Assembly: GCA_965233585.1 (NCBI GenBank)
Contig: CBDDTI010000463.1
Span: 1-16,697, forward strand
Reading direction: 5' to 3'
Source of the DNA: a bacterium
Lineage (GTDB): Bacteria > SAR324 > NAC60-12
DNA length: 16,697 nt
The translations under genes and the position numbers were made by a program. The notes under the pieces are model-generated. The model ran no database searches. It worked only from the letters and a program-made list of their open reading frames with translations, and was not told the DNA's origin. This document shows positions 10,727-16,697 of this stretch, piece by piece. The stretch's first letter is position 1; every line of letters starts with the position of its first letter.

Positions 10727-10930
10727 GTAGTACAAAGCTTGCACACACACGTTCCAGTACTACTGTGTACTACAAAGCTTACACAAACACGTTCCCAGTA
10801 CTACTGTGTACTACAAAGCTTGCACAAAGTCGTTCCCAGTACTACTTTGTACTACAAAGCTTGCACAAAATCGTTCCCAGTACTACTGTGTACTACAAAG
10901 CTTGCACCAAAGCACTTCCCAGTACTACTG
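10727..10930 (+). repeat. Continuation of the 40/41-bp satellite, about 5 copies
   Basis: Same TGTGTAC/AAAGCTT variant as 7580-8257. Confidence 0.95.
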
Positions 10931-11169
10931 AGGTTTTGCAGCTTCCCCCATAGACACGGCGACGTGAGCGCAGCAAAACGAACGAGGTTTTGCAGCTATA
11001 GACACGGCTACGGCACAGGACAAGCAGAGACAGAGGTTTTGCAGCTTCCCCCATAGACACGGCGACGCCAGAGGAGAAGCAGAGACTGAGGTTTGGAATT
11101 CCCCCATAGACATGGCGACGTGTGCGCAGCAAAACGAACGAGGTTTTGCAGCTTTCCCCATAGACACGG
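10930..11169 (+). repeat. ~50-55-bp repeat with core GAGGTTTTGCAGCTTCCCCCATAGACACGGCGACG, 5 copies with two linker types
   Basis: Cores at 10930, 10984, 11033, 11088 and 11140. Linkers GCGCAGCAAAACGAAC (x2) and AAGCAGAGAC (x2). Confidence 0.9.
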
Positions 11170-11325
11170 AATTAACGACGCGAAAAACGTCGCGAAAAAC
11201 GTTGCGACGACTAACTGGCGGCGAACAAGGGTCCAGCCCCCAGACCCCCAGATTATAAACGGGAACCCTTCGCTACGCATTCGGGAAATGTGACAGGTTG
11301 GTCGGGCGAAAACCGCACGAATGTC

Positions 11326-11350
11326 CTCTGCATTTGTTGAACCTCATTAC
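11326..11350 (-). CDS. CCDC151: Exon D (25 nt): NEVQQMQ(R)
   Basis: Acceptor gcAG|G, donor CAGAG|GAcatt (GA donor), phase 1/2. It bridges exons C and E in frame. Confidence 0.68.
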
Positions 11351-11598
11351 CTGCGATGAACTCGGGGACATGAAATGTTCGAAATGTTCGCTCAGATTCC
11401 TCGTTTTTGGTGGACCAACCGAGGTTTCAAAAATATCCAAAAACGAAAATCAAGGATATGATAGATATGCATAATTACATTCGTCAATTGGAAAATGTGA
11501 AAAATATGGAAAAAATGAACATGTCAAAAAATAAAAGGAAAAAATCGGAAAAAAAAATATCACATCTTCCAGCGTTTGTCACCCTTTGTCCAGGTTGC

Positions 11599-11669
11599 TG
11601 GTCGAATCCAAGACTTTCTCCAAGGATTGTGGTTTCTCATCTCGCAACTGTGCGATCTGATTTCTGAGC
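11599..11669 (-). CDS. CCDC151: Exon C (71 nt): LRNQIAQLRDEKPQSLEKVLDST(S)
   Basis: Acceptor ctgAG|G, donor ACCA|GCaacc, phase 2/1. Heptad-like peptide. The donor was chosen by phase match to exon D. Confidence 0.72.
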
Positions 11670-11967
11670 CTCAGCCAGCTGCCAAATCATCCAAGGTATG
11701 TTTGGAGTAACCCCCAGAAAACCAAAGTACTTTGCCACAATCCTAGTACTATCTATTAATACAAATTATTAATACATCTATATACTAGGATTGAAAGATT
11801 TCAAGTCTTTTGCAAATTACTATATACAACCTTAATGTTGGATGTTTATCCGCCAAATCCATGGACTTCACAAGATATTATTGCCCTCCAACCAATTCCT
11901 TAAACTCAGAAAATCGCAGAAATTCACAGAAATTCATCGCAGAAATTCACATGCTTTTCCAAGCAAC

Positions 11968-12002
11968 ATCTTGTTTTCATCCTTCATCTGACCGATGATT
12001 TC
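11968..12002 (-). CDS. CCDC151: Exon B (35 nt): EIIGQMKDENK(M)
   Basis: Acceptor ccAG|G, donor AT|GTtgct, phase 0/2. An alternative GA donor 3 nt upstream keeps the same phase. Confidence 0.78.
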
Positions 12003-12128
12003 CTGGTGATCTTCACAAGCGGAAAATCATCAGAAATTTCACAACTGAAATCCCATTAAAAACTCGTTGTTTTAAAGGGGTTCCCAGCTCCAGTGCCTGA
12101 CTCACGAGTTGCAATAATCTCTATCTAA

Positions 12129-12166
12129 CTAGGTAGATCTAGGTAGATCATGGTAGATCTAGGTAG
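12129..12166 (+). repeat. 10-bp tandem repeat CTAGGTAGAT, about 4 copies (intronic)
   Basis: Seen directly. Confidence 0.8.
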
Positions 12167-12333
12167 TATAACCAGAAAAATAATCTAGCAACAACAGTAC
12201 TTCGGTTTGGGCATTGCACAGGTGCTTCTGACGGGATCGGATTCTCAGGATGACTCAATAGAGACCATGCAAATTAAACAGCAAGAAAAATAGCACCTGT
12301 CCCTGGGGCCAATTCCCAAATTCGAAGCACTGC

Positions 12334-12384
12334 CTTGTTCTGCTGAATATTCAATTTGGCGGTCTCATAGGTCGCCTTCCTTTC
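12334..12384 (-). CDS. CCDC151: Exon A (51 nt): ERKATYETAKLNIQQNK
   Basis: Acceptor ctgAG|G, donor AAG|GCagtg, phase 0/0. The peptide resembles the docking-complex N-terminal motif. Confidence 0.8.
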
Positions 12385-13076
12385 CTCAGCCGAATTCGAC
12401 TGATGGAGTGGTAAAGTCCGATCTATGTCCGATCTGACACCGATCTGTTTAAAAAAAAATGGTCAAAAAGAAATTCCCACTCAGCGGCGTCGCACCTGGG
12501 CCATGTTTAGAATCAAAACATTTTTAGATATGTTCAGTTATGTTCAGTTGGTAATTTTTGCACGGATGACACTAGATCACTGCAATTAGAAGGTAATCCA
12601 CTACAAACTACCAATAACATGTGTTTGTTCGTGAAGTGGGAAGAAATTACAGTAAAAATCCGTCAAAATGAAAGGCAAATGAAAGCAAAAACCATCCTTT
12701 TTCCAACCCCTTTCCGACAACAAAAACACCAAGGGCACCAACAACAGCTTCACCAAATTGTCTAGCCTCTTTTCAACAGCATCTGCATCTGGCCTACTTC
12801 CGAAATCCTGTGGCATGTGTTTTCGGAAGGGACTGTTGCGAGCGGTGAATTTCAAGTTCTTGGGGTGGACATTCAAAGAAGAAACTCACACTCACAACAG
12901 TTTGTTCTAAATGTAGGCTATCCTATAGCACGTCTCTTCACAAACGCATGTGTCTGGCACATCAACGCTCTGGTCTGTCTCACTTCCACCAAGATTAATC
13001 CTGATTATACCACCGGACTGAAAGTTAGAATGCCATTTTGGTGGAATTTCATGGACGGCAAGGAAAAAAAAACGCG

Positions 13077-14489
13077 TACCGCGTGAGAAATCCGGGACGG
13101 GCATTCTAAGCCTATTTATTTCGTCCTGAAACCCCTAAAACTCCAGAATTCTGAACGAAATTTCGACCGTCCCGTGTCTTCCATGCACTGCAAATTTGCA
13201 GAATATGCAAAAAAAATTGCCCATGATCAATAAAAAATGTCATAATATGCAGGAAAAAAATCCAATATCGTATTGAAAATATGCAGACTATGCAGGTGTT
13301 TGACAAAAAAACATGCTCATGATCAGCAAAGAAGTACATGATCAATAAAAAATTGCAAAAATATACAGAAAAAATGCTATATCGTCATCCGCCGATCCAA
13401 GAACACCTCGTTTACTCACATCTAATTTGTCTGCACATGTACATACATGTAATATTTACAGGGCATATATGTGTGTATAATGCCGTTTTCGGAGGTTACC
13501 ATCCTGTTTAATCAACATGTTCATTATCGTGGGGAATACTGTGGGAAAATCCTCAACGGGCATTCTAAGCCTATTTATTTAGTCCTGAAACCCCTAAACC
13601 TCCAAAATGTTTCACGAATTTTCGACCGTCCCGTGTCTTCCATGTACTGCAAATATGCAGAATATGCATGTAAAGTGCGAAAGAATCTACCCATGATCAA
13701 TAAAAAATGTCATAATATGCAGAAAAATGCAATATCGTATTGTAAATATGCAGAACATGCAGGTATTTTCAAAAAAAACATGCTCATGACTCATGATCAG
13801 CAAAAAAACATGATCAAAAAAATGACATAATATGCCGAAAATCCGCCGATCCACGAACACCTCGTTTACTCACATCTAATTTGTCTGCACATGTACATAT
13901 ATGTAATACAAATATATATATATATATCTATATATACAGCGCATATATGTGTGTGTAGTGCCCTTTTCGGAGGTTACCATCCTGTTTAATCAACATTTTC
14001 ATTATTGTCGGGAATACCGTGGGAAAATCCCCGATGGGCATTCTAAGCCTATTTATTTCGTCCTGAAACCCCTAAACCTCGAAAATTCTCCAAAATTCTT
14101 GACGAATTTTCGACCGTCCCACTGCAAATAAAAAAATGACATTAAAGGACCGGATAACCCCACATGTTACCAACTTCTTTAGACTTAGACTGAGCATAGA
14201 AAAGCAAGAAGGGAAGAGGAAGTATAAGAGTGATGGAGCGGTGATGGTGGGTGAGTTTGTCGTGTGTGTGTGTATGTATGTTCATGTACAGTGAGTGAGT
14301 GAGAGTGTGAGTGAGTGATGTGAGTGTGGTGTGTGTGTGAGGGATGTGAGAGTGAGTGAAGTGAAGTGAAGTCCATATCGTATTGTAAATATGCAGAACA
14401 TGCAGGTATTTGCAAGAAAACATGCTCATGATCAGCCAAAAAATCATGATCAATAAAAAATGTCAGAGTTTGCAGAAAAATGCAATATC
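13077..14489 (+). repeat. ~460-480-bp tandem repeat: two full copies plus an interrupted third
   Basis: GGGCATTCTAAGCCTATTTATTT.GTCCTGAAACCCCTAAA at 13099, 13558 and 14036 (periods 459 and 478). The third copy breaks at ~14142 and resumes at 14375-14489. Confidence 0.92.
14250..14372 (+). repeat. GTGA/GT/GTGAA simple-sequence tract
   Basis: Seen directly; part of the insertion at 14143-14374. Confidence 0.85.
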
Positions 14490-15710
14490 TCAACCGTCAT
14501 TGGGGACCAAGATTTTATTTATAGATTGAAAATCTATATCGAATTCAGAAGTTTTGGGGGCATATTCTGCGGAGGCATTCTAACCCTACAAGAAACAAGG
14601 TTTAGTGGCCCTGGGGGGTCTTGATACCTTAGATCAACCAAAACACACAAAAAGAAGGTGCTGCCAGAAAACCAGGTTTTTGGAGAGAAAACCGGGTTGA
14701 TGTCGGTTTTGGACTACGGTTTTTACGGGTTTTTATTGGTATGGTTTGTTTTTATAGGTGTTCAACGGTTTTTCTATGGGTTGTGGCGAAGCTGCTTCAT
14801 CAAAAACCTGGTTTTGTTGACTACAAGGCTGAAAACCAGGTTTTAAAGCGTAACCAATATTCACAGGCAAATTTGATCAAACAATTTTTGAAGATGTTTA
14901 TCCACATTTACCAGCATAATACGGTACCGACTGAAAGGTAGAATTGTTGGTAGAATTTTTCAGACAATTTTTGTGGGGCATTCTAACTTTCAATGGAAAA
15001 AAATTGGTGGAATCCCGGTCATTCTAACTGTCAGTCCGGCGGTATAATCATGATTAATCCAAACCAAACAAAATTGAAAACATATTTTTAACAAAAAATA
15101 TAGCAACAACTACTCTGACCCCTGGACTAGTTGCCAAATCTTGTTTTTTTTGTTTTTTTGATCGTTTTTTTGGTCTTTGTTTTTTGGGGGTGGTTTTCTC
15201 GAGGTTTTGGTGCAATCCTGATTAATCTGGAATAATCCTGATTAATCCAGTTCATAACGTCCTACATCATAACTCCGGCTAATTCCGGCCTTCTTGTCCC
15301 CAAACAGGGAAAAATCAGATGCTCAGAGACTTGGGCATGGGCTGAGGGCAAGTGTGTATTTCATCTATTTTCATCTAGTTTTCTGAAGAATTTAGCATTT
15401 TTCAAAAACAATGCCGATAAAACTGGAACGAAATAAAGCAGACAAAGTGCACTTAGGACATAGGTTGGGCATTTTTTACATACAATCCTCCAATGCCTGT
15501 GATCCCAAGTCGTATTTTTCAAAGAACGTGATATTCCTTCAAGAAAACGTGGCCTGACTTTGTGCCTTCCCTTTGAAAGATTGCAATGTCTATTTGAAAA
15601 GAGTGCAGTGATGGTCTGAAAAAAATAAAAATAAGTTAATACGTATACAATTTCATAGAAATATGGCGCCTTCTGCTAACAGATTCCAGCACCATTCAAA
15701 ATTAAGATCC

Positions 15711-15757
15711 ATTTATATATTTATATTTATTTATTTATTGATGTATTTATATATATA
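15711..15757 (+). repeat. AT-rich simple repeat (TATT/TA)n
   Basis: Seen directly. Confidence 0.7.
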
Positions 15758-16697
15758 CCATTGTGTTTTTTGCGATCATGCCATTCTTTGAACTGAATGT
15801 TGATAATTATCTGGAATATGTTCCTTCAAAAAAGTGCATCATCTCTTTGAAAAGGGTGCAAGATTCCCTCCAACCGTAAAACATCATTCCAAATTTCAAC
15901 ATAGAGTTCTTTTGTGTAGATTGTGGTCCTTCTATCAAAAGAATATGGTATTCCTTGACGAATGTGTGGAAAATTGTGTTTGTTTTTTAACTATGAACTC
16001 CTTGAGGGAGATCCAATATTCTCTCAAAACAATGGAACGTAATGCCAGAATGTGTTTTTTTACACATGCAGCACTCTTTCTGAAATAATATGGATTTCCC
16101 TTGGTGCATAAGGCATTATTTTGGGAAGTATAATGAAATAACTCCTTTAGAGAAAGACCTGGTTCTTAAGGAACAACAAACAAGGCATGTTGAACCCTGT
16201 CAACAGGAATACAACATGTGTGAAGAAAATTATCTATTTTTGCAGGAACATGGTTTCTTGAAAAGGATACTACATTGCCCTATGGTGCGGTACTTGCCAG
16301 GTTAGTCATCTTACAGGATTTTCAAGGGATATTGCATTGATGCATTGGATATTGCACTTTTTGACGTGAATTCTGCATATTAAAAGGTTGTTTTTAATTG
16401 AAAAACACGCTACATATGGCACAAGAATATTGTTTTCTTGAAGGGATACCATATCATTTCCAAGAAAATTACGTTTCTTTCAAAAAAAATGTTGCATCTT
16501 TGAAAGGATTCTTTCATAATGTGTAGGGGTATTGTTTGTTGAAAAAACATTGCATTGTTTCAAAAAAAAATGCAACTTATATAATGAAACATGTTTCTTT
16601 ACAAGCTGGGGATACTTCATTGTTGCATTTAATATTGCATTTTATAACAAGAATGCACAATGCTAAAATTCATGCTACACATGATAGAAAAATGGTT

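Larger units (their letters stand above)
4390..12384 (-). other. CCDC151: Span of a partial spliced gene (7 exons, 363 nt, 121 aa) for a CCDC151/ODAD3-like outer dynein arm docking complex coiled-coil protein; 5' end unresolved, 3' end outside the window
   Basis: Joined by hand with all intron phases matching and no stops: ERKATYETAKLNIQQNKEIIGQMKDENKMLRNQIAQLRDEKPQSLEKVLDSTSNEVQQMQRRFDMIKNENNKRRGFLDQLDIKKDELSMGSKMHSNETSPEMRQIRVLENRLDKVMIKYNE. The family call rests on recalled motifs (N-terminal ERKA..E....I..N.E.I and IR.LENRLDK..IKYNE). CCDC114/CCDC63 (ODAD1) paralogues have a similar motif and are not excluded. Confidence 0.75.
12993..15059. mobile_element. Non-autonomous TIR element, 2067 bp, with internal tandem repeats
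   Basis: TIRs 12993-13032 and 15020-15059 (GATTAATCMTGATTATACCRCCGGACTGAMAGTTAGAATG, 37/40 identical). CAA flanks both ends (12990-12992, 15060-15062). No transposase ORF recognised. Confidence 0.85.

Noticed and set aside
10930..11169. CRISPR-like repeat-spacer pattern
   Set aside because: The linkers are short and reused (two types), and the cores are degenerate.
13032..13041. Relict dinoflagellate spliced leader (GCCATTTTGG)
   Set aside because: Only 10 of 22 nt match, and it overlaps the inner edge of a TIR.
15400..16697. Coding ORFs 15834..16088 and 16090..16305 in the AT-rich right end
   Set aside because: Short, with no recognisable motif. The region looks like decayed low-complexity repeat with recurring TTCYTTG/CAAGAAAA-like words and no definable unit.

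Overview
Eukaryotic, intron-rich genomic DNA that is mostly repeats. The splice signals (GC/GA/GT donors, AG|G acceptors, exons of 25-88 nt) point to a dinoflagellate, probably Symbiodiniaceae; this is an inference. Hidden in it, and largely missed by the ORF track, is a minus-strand gene fragment. Seven short exons (12384 down to 4390) splice in frame to 121 aa of coiled-coil protein (ERKATYETAKLNIQQNK...RQIRVLENRLDKVMIKYNE) that resembles the outer-dynein-arm docking proteins of the CCDC151/ODAD3 type. The gene continues off the left edge. Its introns and flanks hold modular minisatellites (11, ~37, 99, 40/41, 17, 7 and ~50 bp units). There are also two non-coding terminal-inverted-repeat elements: 8258-10726 (27-bp TIRs, GTAG duplication, splitting one 41-bp monomer) and 12993-15059 (40-bp TIRs, CAA duplication, internal ~460-480 bp tandem units). 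The long ORFs in the track are artefacts of stop-free repeats. I found no transposase, RNA gene or CRISPR system.
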